This document shows, piece after piece, positions 30,701 through 40,409 of a stretch of 64,000 nucleotides of DNA. A model generated the notes under the pieces. That model was not told the DNA's origin and did not search any database. It worked only from the letters and a program-made list of their open reading frames with translations. The stretch spans positions 221,110 through 285,109 of the forward strand of contig JBGTBM010000010.1 in assembly GCA_041749335.1 (NCBI GenBank), written 5' to 3'. The position numbers and the translations under genes were made by a program. The number at the start of each line of letters is the position of its first letter. The first letter of the stretch is position 1. This DNA is from Patescibacteria group bacterium (GTDB taxonomy: Bacteria > Patescibacteriota > JABMPQ01).

Positions 30701-30756
30701 TTTACGTATTTGATCGAGCCTTTGTTGGCGGAATTGAAGTAGATGTTAAAAAATAA
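27727..30756 (+). CDS. Membrane-anchored clan GH-A glycoside hydrolase (GH51/GH79/GH44-like) with a ConA-like insert and FG-GAP repeats
   Basis: WELGNE (acid/base) and AVTEYN (nucleophile) motifs; arabinofuranosidase-like C domain ending FPAHSVTAI; GDxDGDGxDE / GAGAGGGPH repeats. Promoter TTGACA (27640)-17-TATACT. Confidence 0.78.
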   Translation: MKTHYRKDKFRFPQYFLNKEFPIFIKVVAILIILAIILFIIDTIGLTYKPQIEIDAYTVKHDIDPNLYGYSIDSNFTYNQNLVGAINQYGAQSMRIMDEYEPGARMLLKINNGASYVLAADNVPYEPNRNYQVKIQVNESNIKLWIDGKQIFSVNDSTYKNGEIGLTSSFNLNSYFDNVVVRNNESNILFSDNFSRGFDKWENGNIPGFYQQGDWLLDDDSLKHEGQQSITLKKAGDNNWRNYTITADLKSSTQNIYEAGFIGIVFRYNGILNNYKFLWRSGLRQPFSSNNPWEIADYDGQFRFLQETNLKPNMVINMRDDSVQSAADLVHELNIEKKLGIKYWELGNEIWLWSDSYIHNDQYAQKVKNYSRAMKAVDPSIKIGATLLLGFSDWDNLVIRETAPYIDFIVFHFYPYYVQSNISDYHILGAPYAFGNNFKNNNGQGKGIVENAKDLIRKEAPGHENRIEFAVTEYNTGDYDQGIDLIYGLAVADLLGEAAKQDIKLMQFHKLANETAWHWGAFTEDYRAKPSALAISMYTKHFGDKMLDAKVKNTPTFYVPEKINVPAISNIPYLSVHVSRSKDDKKLYLMVINKHAAADMQTTINIANANISAQAKAYTLNGPSIHSDNNYADNVAISEKTINNANSKFIYNFPAHSVTAIEFNIENLIKPKVQTAITVPKSEIKNTPATPDIGGPSDNSIQTSKIAASAGLGGNPHIKTFDSLGNQSQGNFFAYDQNFKGGVSIALCDFEGDGKNEVITGAGAGGGPHLRAFREDGREIANFFPFDPNFRGGIDVACGDIDKDGRDEIVTSQNSQGQAWIKVYRYDTRKSIIGEWNAFGHVECGASVAMGDVDGDGTDEVIVGAGAGGGPHIRIYEADGTLKPLEFFAFHPNYRGGISVAAGDADGDGQDEIGVSQSGYGDQSWTKVYKYNNEHSVLGEWKAYGDAILSAHIAMGDIDGDGRAEVVTGTGLGGEPLVLTFNAYGQIKPVSFYVFDRAFVGGIEVDVKK

Positions 30757-30816
30757 TTAAATCAATAAAAAACTCAGTTCTAAATATTTTGGACTGAGTT
30801 TTGTTTTACTGAAAAA

Positions 30817-32034
30817 TTAAATAAGCTTATTATATTCCGTAATTAACTTTGTGTAATACTGCTCGGAATCTAAATTAATTTCTGCAAATTGTTTGGCATT
30901 CTCTCCCATTTTTTGCGCCCGATCCGGCTCTTTGCCAATTTCAATGATTTTATTTTTTAAATCCCGCCAGTCGCCCGCCTTGAAAAGCATGCCCGTCTGA
31001 CCATGCTTCACCAATTCAGGTAGCGCGCCAATATCAGACGCAATTACTGTTTTGCCTTGAGCAAACGATTCGGCAATCGTTAAACCAAATGTCTCGTAAT
31101 TTCTTGAAGGCACCATGACATATTTTGCCCCCCTAATAGCTTTAGTCAAATTTTCACCGGCCAAATATCCAACAAACTCAATGTTATTCAAATTATTCTT
31201 TTTAACAAAATTTTTATAAATATTCTCGTGCGGACCGGTGCCGGCAATCATTAGCCTGTCATTTTTTAGATATTGATAGGCTTTTAATAAATCCATTAGT
31301 CCCTTTTCTTTTATCAATCTGCCGAAATATAAAGCATATTCGCCTGCTTGGCTTGATAAATTTTTTATACCCAAATTAACAAAATGCGGCAGTACAATTA
31401 TTTTTTTGCCGGGCCAGCCATATTCAACCAATTTGTTCCGAACAAACTCGCTGGGACAAATATATAAATCAATATTATTACGATAAATTTTGAGAAGCCG
31501 ATGTAAATACATTTCAACCATATTAACTTTGCTGGCTGCGTAAGAATTTTTGGCGCACCGATGCAGAACACAATTGTAAAACTTGTTCACCTTACATCTT
31601 TCACAGACTTCGCCTTCAGTAAAAAAACTATATACCGGGCATAAAAGCTTAAAATCATGCACTGACATTACTATCGGAATTTTTTTGTCTTTTAAAACCG
31701 TAAGGATTGAAGGGGAAATTTGATGATAAATATTATGAATATGAGCCAGATCGATTTTCTCGTCAGCCAATAAATTTTTTAATTTTCTTTGTGCTTCCCA
31801 CGAATATAAAATCCGTCCGGCCGCCTTGACATCCTGCCAAGAAAACCCGGCCTTCTCGATATTAATCGGACTGACAAAATATTTTTTATAGGGCGTAGGT
31901 TCATTTTTAATATCTTCCATAGCAAAAGGAATAACCCGAAGACCCCTTTTCACTAATAAATCACTAAGGTTAAAATAATACCTTTCCGCTCCCCCTTTTA
32001 GATAATAGAATTTATTTATTTGTAGAATATTCAT
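30817..32034 (-). CDS. Glycosyltransferase family 4
   Basis: GGAERY, GRLIKEKG and YETFGLTIAESFA motifs. Confidence 0.92.
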   Translation of the reverse strand: MNILQINKFYYLKGGAERYYFNLSDLLVKRGLRVIPFAMEDIKNEPTPYKKYFVSPINIEKAGFSWQDVKAAGRILYSWEAQRKLKNLLADEKIDLAHIHNIYHQISPSILTVLKDKKIPIVMSVHDFKLLCPVYSFFTEGEVCERCKVNKFYNCVLHRCAKNSYAASKVNMVEMYLHRLLKIYRNNIDLYICPSEFVRNKLVEYGWPGKKIIVLPHFVNLGIKNLSSQAGEYALYFGRLIKEKGLMDLLKAYQYLKNDRLMIAGTGPHENIYKNFVKKNNLNNIEFVGYLAGENLTKAIRGAKYVMVPSRNYETFGLTIAESFAQGKTVIASDIGALPELVKHGQTGMLFKAGDWRDLKNKIIEIGKEPDRAQKMGENAKQFAEINLDSEQYYTKLITEYNKLI

Positions 32035-32078
32035 TTATGCTCTAATAAATAATTGTTAAACCCGATCACATTCTAAAT

Positions 32079-33005
32079 TTATATTTTTTTATTTACATTT
32101 ATTGCCTTTATTTCTTTCTTTGCTTTTATATATTCTCGCATGCTTATTTTATTTTCTTCTTTAAATATTGATAATATATAATTTTTTAGGATCAACAAGT
32201 TGGTACGCAGTAATATTAAAAATTTCAATATCGCTGCATTCATCATATATTTCTTGAAATAATACAGCAAGCTTTTTGCCTCGTTTACTACTGAACGAGA
32301 AAAATCGGATTTGGCGCTATGTCCATGATGATGGATTACCTCGGCCTTGGGATAATAAATAATTTTGAATCCGGCACGATTGGCTCTTTTGCAAAAATCC
32401 ACATCTTCCACATACATAAACATATTTTCGTCCAACATGCCGATGCTTTGCATTACCGCTTTTTTGATTAACATAAATCCACCCGACACCCAATCCACTA
32501 TTCGCGGATAAGAATATTTTTTCTGCTTTAATTTATGGCTGGGTATTATTTTGCCATAAGGAAAGATTTTGTATAAAAAAGTGCTAAACAATAATTCGGT
32601 CTTAAGCGTAGGATAATTTCCGAAGGATGGCTGCAGGCGATTATCCGGATAAACAAATTTGCAGCCTAAAATTCCAGCCTCATTATCCAAGTTCAAATAT
32701 TTTAAACTGTCGGTTATCGCGTCCCCGACTACCACCATGTCCGGATTCATTAAAAGAACAGCCTTGCCTTGGCTCATTTTTATTCCCCTATTTACCGCCT
32801 TGGCAAAACCCAAATTCTCTCCAGTTTCAACCAGCTTAACTTGGGGAAATTCATTTTTAATAACCGCAACCGTTTGATCTTGTGAATTATTGTCTAACAA
32901 AATTACTTCAAAATTTAAGCCTTGAGTGTTTTGATAAATAGAATTCAGGCAATTTTTGATTACTTTTTCTGACTGATAAGTAACAATTATTATCGATAAA
33001 TCCAT
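32079..33005 (-). CDS. Glycosyltransferase family 2 (rhamnosyltransferase-like)
   Basis: SIIIVTY, DNNSQD, NLGFAKAVN, NPD and YVEDVDFC motifs. Confidence 0.92.
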   Translation of the reverse strand: MDLSIIIVTYQSEKVIKNCLNSIYQNTQGLNFEVILLDNNSQDQTVAVIKNEFPQVKLVETGENLGFAKAVNRGIKMSQGKAVLLMNPDMVVVGDAITDSLKYLNLDNEAGILGCKFVYPDNRLQPSFGNYPTLKTELLFSTFLYKIFPYGKIIPSHKLKQKKYSYPRIVDWVSGGFMLIKKAVMQSIGMLDENMFMYVEDVDFCKRANRAGFKIIYYPKAEVIHHHGHSAKSDFSRSVVNEAKSLLYYFKKYMMNAAILKFLILLRTNLLILKNYILSIFKEENKISMREYIKAKKEIKAINVNKKI

Positions 33006-33006
33006 A

Positions 33007-34443
33007 TTATTTAATTTTTTTTATTTTATTCGTATCAATCAAATATCCTGATGAAATTACCACACCCAAAAATATCCAAAATAAAATTACAAAAAGGTTG
33101 ATATCGAAATACACTCCGAAATTCGCGCCGACAAAAAATAAAATATAACACGCAATAAATCCCAAAACAATCGGTCGCAATTCAGTAGCCTTTTTTAAAA
33201 TATTGATTGTTCTAGCGGCAAAAATTGTCTGGAAAGCGGCAAAGGAAATAAATCCCAATAATCCCATCTGTAAAGCTATTCCGATAAAATTATTATGTAA
33301 ATCCCGAATCTCTATGCGCGCGGGAAAGCCGAAATAATCAAATGTCAGCTTCCGGCCGAAACCGATTCCCAGCACCGGACTTTCCACAAATGTCTCCCAA
33401 GCTTCCTGCCAAGCCAAAAGCCTAAAGGCGGCGCTTTCATCTTCCAAAGATAATGTTAGTGATTGGACCCTGACAATAGTGGTTTTATAAAAATCACTGA
33501 CAAACTCCGGAAACTTTCCCGAAGATAAATAATCAAACCAAACATATAAAGACGCCAGCATAATTACCAAAAAAAGCTGAATCGCAACGATTTTAATTAA
33601 GCTTTTTTTATTCGTGCGTGAAAGCAGTAAAAAAGAAACAAAAACAGCTAGCGCCAAACCAATCCATAAATGCCTGGTTAAAGAACCGACTATGCCCACC
33701 AACATAATCAACACCACGGGAATAGTCATATTGCCAAATAATTTCTTGCCATGGGCAATAAAATTTAAAATTAATACTACCGCCACGCATAAATAAAACG
33801 CATGCGTTGGCGCCAAAAGCCTAGTACCAACTGTAGATAAGGGAGTATATTCAATCCACAAACCGGCGCCTCTAAATACTCCATAAAAAACGAAAAAGAA
33901 TAATGCCACGCCGCTGCCGATAAAAATATAAGTTAATCTTTTTATCTGCTCTTTGGTCCTAATAATATTAATTGTCAAAAAAAACATGATCGCGTAAATG
34001 CCATAGTTCTTTAAAGTACTAAAAGCTTCATTAAATTCTCCCCCGCCCGCTATTCCCAAACCAAAGGATACAACGCAAAATAAAGTAAAAATTATGATAG
34101 CAATCCCTGTGCGCGAAACTCTTAACTTTTCCCGATGAGATCTAATATAATGAATTAAATAGCTTAAAATCGTAACAATTATAATAATATCCAAGGGATA
34201 AAGTTTATACGTATTTTCCTGAAATACCAGCGGCAATAAAGTAAAAAACCTCTCAAAAATAATCGTGCATATTATTATTGTGTAAAGTCCGGATTCCGGT
34301 TTTTGAAATATATAGAAGGAGGCGAAAGCCAAGCAAAATGCATAAAAATAGATATTAAAAGGAATAAAAAAGGTTGATATGATAAAAATACCCAGGGAAA
34401 TTGATGCCACGATCGCGTAAATTACCTCTTTGGAGATCTTCAT
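33007..34443 (-). CDS. O-antigen ligase/Wzy-like membrane protein
   Basis: About 12 TM helices; SLTR, SAAFR..AW...PVLGIGFG and HNNF...GLLG motifs. Confidence 0.82.
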   Translation of the reverse strand: MKISKEVIYAIVASISLGIFIISTFFIPFNIYFYAFCLAFASFYIFQKPESGLYTIIICTIIFERFFTLLPLVFQENTYKLYPLDIIIIVTILSYLIHYIRSHREKLRVSRTGIAIIIFTLFCVVSFGLGIAGGGEFNEAFSTLKNYGIYAIMFFLTINIIRTKEQIKRLTYIFIGSGVALFFFVFYGVFRGAGLWIEYTPLSTVGTRLLAPTHAFYLCVAVVLILNFIAHGKKLFGNMTIPVVLIMLVGIVGSLTRHLWIGLALAVFVSFLLLSRTNKKSLIKIVAIQLFLVIMLASLYVWFDYLSSGKFPEFVSDFYKTTIVRVQSLTLSLEDESAAFRLLAWQEAWETFVESPVLGIGFGRKLTFDYFGFPARIEIRDLHNNFIGIALQMGLLGFISFAAFQTIFAARTINILKKATELRPIVLGFIACYILFFVGANFGVYFDINLFVILFWIFLGVVISSGYLIDTNKIKKIK

Positions 34444-34566
34444 GTGAATAAGTTTATGTTTATATTATTTTACCACAATTTTAGTCAAAAAACAAGTTAG
34501 ATTCTGTTGCAACTTTTTACTACACAACCTTGATTATTTTATAAAGTATTGGTAAAATTAAGTACT

Positions 34567-35862
34567 ATGAAATATTATATAAAAACATTCGGCTGCCAAA
34601 TGAATATTTCAGACTCTGAAAGAATATCAGCGCTTTTGGAAAATATTGGCTATAAGCCCGCAAGCAAAGCCGATAAGGCTGATTTGATATTGATCAATAC
34701 CTGTTCGGTGCGCAGATCAGCTGAAGATAGAGCATTTGGCGCTTTAAAAAATTGCCAAAAATTGAAAGAAAAAAATCCCGGCCTATTAGTCGCAGTTACC
34801 GGCTGTTTTGCCAGCAAGGAGCCCCAGCGTCTAAAAGGCAAAGCCGATATTATTTTTGATATTACCCAATTATTCACCTTGCCAAAAATTATCAAAACTC
34901 ACATCAATAAAATAAAATTTAATATTCAGGAAGATTTATATAAAAATTACGATTATTTAAAAATAAGCCCTAATTACAGTTCTCACTATCGCGCTTATGT
35001 GCCGGTTATGACAGGATGCAATAATTTTTGCAGCTATTGTGTTGTCCCTTATGCTCGAGGAAGAGAATACAGCCGCAACAGCAAGGATATTGTGGAGGAA
35101 ATTAAAGGGCTGGTGGATAAAGGATATAAAGCCATTACGCTCGTGGGGCAAAATGTTAATTCATATTTAGATAAAAGTCTCTACGGAAAGAGCACTGATT
35201 TCCCCAAATTGCTTAAGAAAGTAAACGACATTCCGGGGGACTTCTGGATTTGGTTTATCACCTCCCATCCCAAAGATATGTCAGATGAACTTTTAGACAC
35301 GATTGCCGGCAGCCAAAAAGTATGTAACTATATCCACCTGCCCGTTCAATCCGGCAGCAATGCCATTCTTAAATCCATGAACCGGGAATATACCAGAGAA
35401 CATTACTTAAATTTAATTGATAAAATTAAAAGTAAATTAGAATATGCTTCGCTATCTACCGATACGATTGTGGGCTATCCTAACGAAACCGAAAAACAAT
35501 TCAATCAAACCGTAGAACTTTATAAACAAGTAAAATATGACATGGCCTATATCGCCCAGTACTCTGCGCGGCCGGGAACAGCCGCTTCTAAACTTGAAGA
35601 TAATGTTCCCTGCGAAGAAAAAAAACGCCGCAAAAACATATTAACCGATATTTTAATCAGCACCGCCATAGAAAATAATCAGCAGCTATTAAATAAAAAT
35701 ATTAATGTATTGGTGGAAAAATATAAAACGGGAACCTTGATCGGTAAAACCATGACATTTAAAACCGTGACTTTCCCCGGCAAAAAGAATCTGGTCGGAA
35801 GCTTTGCTAAAGTTAAAATTTTAAAAGCTAAAGACTGGGGCATTGAGGGAAAAATAATCTAA
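34567..35862 (+). CDS. miaB: tRNA methylthiotransferase MiaB
   Basis: TFGCQMN.SDSE, NTCSVR, radical SAM CNNFCSYC motif and TRAM domain. ATG at 34567 preferred over the upstream TTG. Confidence 0.95.
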   Translation: MKYYIKTFGCQMNISDSERISALLENIGYKPASKADKADLILINTCSVRRSAEDRAFGALKNCQKLKEKNPGLLVAVTGCFASKEPQRLKGKADIIFDITQLFTLPKIIKTHINKIKFNIQEDLYKNYDYLKISPNYSSHYRAYVPVMTGCNNFCSYCVVPYARGREYSRNSKDIVEEIKGLVDKGYKAITLVGQNVNSYLDKSLYGKSTDFPKLLKKVNDIPGDFWIWFITSHPKDMSDELLDTIAGSQKVCNYIHLPVQSGSNAILKSMNREYTREHYLNLIDKIKSKLEYASLSTDTIVGYPNETEKQFNQTVELYKQVKYDMAYIAQYSARPGTAASKLEDNVPCEEKKRRKNILTDILISTAIENNQQLLNKNINVLVEKYKTGTLIGKTMTFKTVTFPGKKNLVGSFAKVKILKAKDWGIEGKII

Positions 35863-35957
35863 GATATAAGGTACAAATAAATTTATTAATATTTTTTGTT
35901 TTTTGTTGCTTGTATTTTGTATCTTAATTACTTAAACATTCATTTATTATCCATATT

Positions 35958-36848
35958 ATGAAATCAAAACTGCCAAAAATTGTCGTTATTTTTGCTCCGA
36001 CCGCTTCCGGCAAGTCTGATTTAGCGATTCGTATTGCTCAAGAAAAAAACGGCGAAATTGTCTCCGCCGATTCCCGCCAAATTTACCGCGGCATGGATAT
36101 AGGCACGGCCAAGGAACCGCTGGATAAAAATCAAGCGGGGTTTGAGCCGGATCGTGAAATTAAATATTTTTATTACGGTTTGGTTAGAAAAATACCTCAT
36201 TACATGATAGATATAGTTGATCCCAACGAAGCATATACGCTGGCCAATTACCAAAAAGACGCGGCTAAAGTTATTGATAATATTTTAGAAAGAAAGAGAT
36301 TACCGATTTTGGTTGGCGGTACCGGGCTTTATATTCAAGCCATTGCCCAAAATTTGAAAATACCCAAAGCCAAGCCGGATTTGAAATTACGCCGGAAGTT
36401 AAATGATAAAGACATTAAAGAGTTGGCTGAAATATATTATAAACTGGATCCGGATGGTTTTAAAGATATTGACTTAAATAATAAAAGACGCTTAATCAGA
36501 GCAATTGAGGTAACAAAGCTAACCAATATTCCTTATTCAAGACAAGTTAAAAAAAATAAGCCCAAATATAATATTGAGATGATTGATATTGGGATGGATC
36601 GCGCTAAATTATACGAAATCATTAATCAAAGAGTGGACGATATGGTTGACGGCGGCCTGATTAACGAAGTAAAAAATTTAATAAAAAAATACCCGCAAAA
36701 TTTACCAGCCTTCACAGGTATTGGATATAAAGAATTTATTGAGTATCTGAATAAAGCAATTGCTAAAGAAGAAGCGATAGAGTTAATCAAACGAAATTCC
36801 CGAAGATATGCTAAAAGACAAATGACGTGGATGAAGAGAGAGGAATAA
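35958..36848 (+). CDS. miaA: tRNA dimethylallyltransferase
   Basis: PTASGKS, SADSRQIYRGMDIGTAK, VGGTGLY and YAKRQMTW motifs. Confidence 0.96.
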   Translation: MKSKLPKIVVIFAPTASGKSDLAIRIAQEKNGEIVSADSRQIYRGMDIGTAKEPLDKNQAGFEPDREIKYFYYGLVRKIPHYMIDIVDPNEAYTLANYQKDAAKVIDNILERKRLPILVGGTGLYIQAIAQNLKIPKAKPDLKLRRKLNDKDIKELAEIYYKLDPDGFKDIDLNNKRRLIRAIEVTKLTNIPYSRQVKKNKPKYNIEMIDIGMDRAKLYEIINQRVDDMVDGGLINEVKNLIKKYPQNLPAFTGIGYKEFIEYLNKAIAKEEAIELIKRNSRRYAKRQMTWMKREE

Positions 36849-36854
36849 TTTTTA

Positions 36855-38012
36855 TTAGTGCAAAACGACCCAGCTACTGCCATCGCATACCCTTAATTTA
36901 TCGGTTGAATCATCAAACCAAAGCATACCTTTGGTAAAATTATCAGCACATGTATAAGGTGCGCTATTATATGGTAATATTGTTAATGTTCCAACTACTG
37001 AAGAATTGTCCGACTGGACTTTTCCAATACTATAATTAGATCCGATTATAGTTTGAGCATCAATACTGGCATTTACATCAATGGTATTAACATCATTCAA
37101 ACTATGATTACCCATTTCAATATCACCCGACATTGTTCCACCTGCTAAAGGTAGGTACTGACTTACGGTAATATTATCCGGAATATCAGCATCCGCAAGT
37201 CCGGATACTCCGTTGACAGCCAGGTTGCCAGTCAAGACCCCCCCCGTTAATTGAAGATACCTGCCATCAGACTGTGCCTTAGTATAATAGTCGCCCGTAG
37301 AAAGTCCAGTTACCGTTGCTTCGCTAAAATCGACATCGCCAGTAAATTTCACATCATTGCCTTCTAATAAACCGCTAAATTTAGCATTATTTCCCTGCAA
37401 AGAACCGCTCAGCTCTACATCAACACCCTGTAACATTCCAGATAAATATAAATCGTTCCAGCGTTTATTTGCAGATCCTAAATTATTAATATCATCCTTG
37501 GTCGGATACATTGAATCGGAAACAAATAAGGGATCATCGCCATCAATTATTCCTTTTTTAGTGCCACCCCATATTTCCCTACCAACCATAAAATCTTCAC
37601 CATATAAATATCCCGCCAAATAAAGATCTTTCCATCTTTTATCATCAAACCCCAAATTATATGCATTAGTGTCTGTTGGCGTTAAAGAATCAGAAAATTT
37701 AAGCGGCTGGCCATCGGCTTGCCCCTTGCTGGGACCGCGCCAAATTTCACCATCAATCCGCAAATCATCGCCGATCGTAACCGGAATTTGCGGACCGACA
37801 TTAATAATCGTGCCATTGAAGTAAGTAACTCCACCCACTCCTTCATAGCCTACACGCAACGAGCTGACTTGCAAGGAGCCATTAACTGTCATATTCTCAT
37901 TATAAACAATGCTAGCTGGCTGGATCATTTCCGCGGTAGAAGCGTTGGTTGCGCTAGCAAACAAAGCTAAAGCTGTAATTCCTAAAGTTAAACCTAATAT
38001 TTTTGTTTTCAT
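36855..38012 (-). CDS. Secreted tail-fibre-like protein, paralog C
   Basis: Same N-terminal module; duplicated EIW.G..KG..DG..PL..SDS..PT...NLG...KRW.DLYL; YYTKAQSDGRYLQLTGG and YLPLAGGTM fibre motifs; C-terminal C...GMLWFD...LRVCDGSSW. Confidence 0.65.
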   Translation of the reverse strand: MKTKILGLTLGITALALFASATNASTAEMIQPASIVYNENMTVNGSLQVSSLRVGYEGVGGVTYFNGTIINVGPQIPVTIGDDLRIDGEIWRGPSKGQADGQPLKFSDSLTPTDTNAYNLGFDDKRWKDLYLAGYLYGEDFMVGREIWGGTKKGIIDGDDPLFVSDSMYPTKDDINNLGSANKRWNDLYLSGMLQGVDVELSGSLQGNNAKFSGLLEGNDVKFTGDVDFSEATVTGLSTGDYYTKAQSDGRYLQLTGGVLTGNLAVNGVSGLADADIPDNITVSQYLPLAGGTMSGDIEMGNHSLNDVNTIDVNASIDAQTIIGSNYSIGKVQSDNSSVVGTLTILPYNSAPYTCADNFTKGMLWFDDSTDKLRVCDGSSWVVLH

Positions 38013-38138
38013 GTTTATTTGTCAATTATTATTTTAATTTATTATACAGTATTTTGTGATTATAGTTAAATTCATTTTCATGCTTCTTATAACATAGCCG
38101 ATAAAATAAAACATGTAATAGTTTAAGAAAACAATCAG

Positions 38139-39632
38139 TTAAATCTGTTCAATCTTTGCTTTTAGCATCTCCCCAGCCGTTTTTGGATCAGCTTTCCCTT
38201 TGGTAGCCGCCATGACTTGGCCGATTAAAAACTGCAAGGCTTGCTTTTTCCCCGCCTGAAAATCTTTGACTGAATATGGATTGGCTATGATCACCTGCGC
38301 AATGATTTTATTTAGCTCTCCTTCATCGCTTACCTGCGCCAATCCCTGTTCATCTATTACTTGCGATGGGTCAGAGCCATGATCAAACATAATTTTTAAA
38401 ACCTTAACTGCATTTTGCGCGCTAATTTTTTTGTGTGCGATCATCGCCATCAGTTCGGCAAAATTCTCCGGAGTAATTTTACAATCAGCCAGACTAATAT
38501 TTTTTTCCTTCAAAAGCGCGAAAAGCCTGGTAATAATCCAGTTGGTCGCCAATTTGATTATTTCCTTGGCTTCGGTGGATATTTCTTTATTTTCTCCTTT
38601 TAGACTTTGAACCCATTCTTTGCTTTCCGAAATCACGGCTTCAAAATATTCCCCCACTTCCCTCTCCTGGATTAATATTTCAGCGTCATTTCCATTTATC
38701 TCAAATTGCTCCATAAATCTGTTTTTACGATCTTCCGGCAATTCCGGTAAATTTTTGAATATTTGAGCGATTTTTGCATCGCTAAATTCCAATGGAGGCA
38801 AATCCGGCTCCGGAAAATAACGGTAGTCCGCTTCACCCTCTTTGACGCGCTGCTCGATTGTTTCTCCTTTATTTTCATCCCATCCTCTAGTGGCTTGATA
38901 TAATTCGCCTCCCTCATCGAGCACGTCCGCTTGCCTGTTTTGTTCGTACGCCAAAGCTTTTTCCACCGCCTTGAAGGAATTCATGTTTTTTACTTCCGTC
39001 TTGGGTAATAACGTTTTCGCACCCTTTTCACGCAAGGAAATGTTGGCATCACAACGCAGCTGCCCTTTTTCCATATCCGCGTCTGACACTCCGATATATT
39101 TTAAAATCTTTCGCAAAGTCTGCAGGAATATTTTAGCCTCTTCGGGAGATCTAATGTCCGGTTTGGTAACAATTTCCATCAAAGGAGTACTGGCTCGATT
39201 ATAATCTACCAAACTGTAATTAGCTCCTTCCGGATGAATAAGCTTGCCCGCGTCTTCTTCCAAATGGATTCTTTCCAAACTTATTTTTCTTTTTTGTCCG
39301 CCTATTTCAATTTCTAAATACCCCGCACCGCAAAATGGCTGATCGTATTGGGAAATCTGATAGCCTTTGGGTAAATCGGGATAAAAATAATTTTTACGGT
39401 CAAACTTAGCCTGTTTATTTATCCGGCAATGCAGGGCTTGCCCCGCCATAATCGTCCATTCTACCGCCTGGCTATTGATTACCGGCAGCACCCCGGGATG
39501 GCCCATGCAAATCGGACAAATATTAATATTCGGCTCTTTAGGTTCCGCCTCATTGGGACAGGAACAAAACATCTTGCTCTTGGTTTTTAATTGGACATGG
39601 ATTTCAAGTCCAATGATGGTTTCATATTGCAT
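38139..39632 (-). CDS. gatB: Asp/Glu-tRNA amidotransferase subunit B
   Basis: IGLEIHVQL, RKNYFYPDLPKGYQISQ, HLEEDAGK and DYRYFPEPDL motifs. Confidence 0.97.
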   Translation of the reverse strand: MQYETIIGLEIHVQLKTKSKMFCSCPNEAEPKEPNINICPICMGHPGVLPVINSQAVEWTIMAGQALHCRINKQAKFDRKNYFYPDLPKGYQISQYDQPFCGAGYLEIEIGGQKRKISLERIHLEEDAGKLIHPEGANYSLVDYNRASTPLMEIVTKPDIRSPEEAKIFLQTLRKILKYIGVSDADMEKGQLRCDANISLREKGAKTLLPKTEVKNMNSFKAVEKALAYEQNRQADVLDEGGELYQATRGWDENKGETIEQRVKEGEADYRYFPEPDLPPLEFSDAKIAQIFKNLPELPEDRKNRFMEQFEINGNDAEILIQEREVGEYFEAVISESKEWVQSLKGENKEISTEAKEIIKLATNWIITRLFALLKEKNISLADCKITPENFAELMAMIAHKKISAQNAVKVLKIMFDHGSDPSQVIDEQGLAQVSDEGELNKIIAQVIIANPYSVKDFQAGKKQALQFLIGQVMAATKGKADPKTAGEMLKAKIEQI

Positions 39633-39721
39633 ATAAATTGAATAAAGAATTTTGAATATAGAATAAAGAATAAATTTTATATATTTACATTATTCATTAT
39701 TCATTATTCAAAATACAATAG

Positions 39722-40408
39722 CTAAATCATTGCTTGGATTGCCGCCCAAATTTTTTCATGTATTTCTTCTCGGCTCATTAACTGATCATCTTTAATACAA
39801 TCAATTTTAACCCAATTATTTTCTTTCTCAACTAAATAAAGATATGTTTCCTGGGCATTTTTCAGATGCTGGCTATCCGCTTCATGAATATCTCTTTTTT
39901 TGCCATTAATGTATTCGCGGGATTTTTTCTGATCGACTAATTTCTGCCCTATTTCCCATGGCACATGCAGATAAATATTTAAATCGGGCTTCGGCAGTCC
40001 GCAGATATTATATTCTAGGTCATACAGCCAATTTAAAAATTCATCCCGGCGCGCCTTATCTGAAATTTTTCCGCCCTGGTGTCCGGCATTAGAACTAACA
40101 TATCTGTTTGATATAACTAAATTTCCGGATTGCAGCAATTTATTTATTTCTTTTTTGGAATCAAAACGATCAAGAGCATAAAATATTGAAGCTAATTGGC
40201 CGCTTACTTCCTCGGCCGAACCATAATTTCCGTTTAGATATTGCTCGACAAAATAAGCTGACTCTTTACCATAGCGCGGATAATCCAGGGTTTTTACTTT
40301 AATATTTTCTTGCTCCAGCCTTTTTTGCAGCAATTCTGTTTGCGTAGCTTTGCCGGAACCGTCTGCCCCGTCAATTACGATAAATTTTCCTGCTGAATTT
40401 TCCTGCAT
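39722..40408 (-). CDS. tmk: Thymidylate kinase
   Basis: FIVIDGADGSGKATQ P-loop and LPKPD motif; located in the dTTP cluster. Confidence 0.9.
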   Translation of the reverse strand: MQENSAGKFIVIDGADGSGKATQTELLQKRLEQENIKVKTLDYPRYGKESAYFVEQYLNGNYGSAEEVSGQLASIFYALDRFDSKKEINKLLQSGNLVISNRYVSSNAGHQGGKISDKARRDEFLNWLYDLEYNICGLPKPDLNIYLHVPWEIGQKLVDQKKSREYINGKKRDIHEADSQHLKNAQETYLYLVEKENNWVKIDCIKDDQLMSREEIHEKIWAAIQAMI

Positions 40409-40409
40409 A

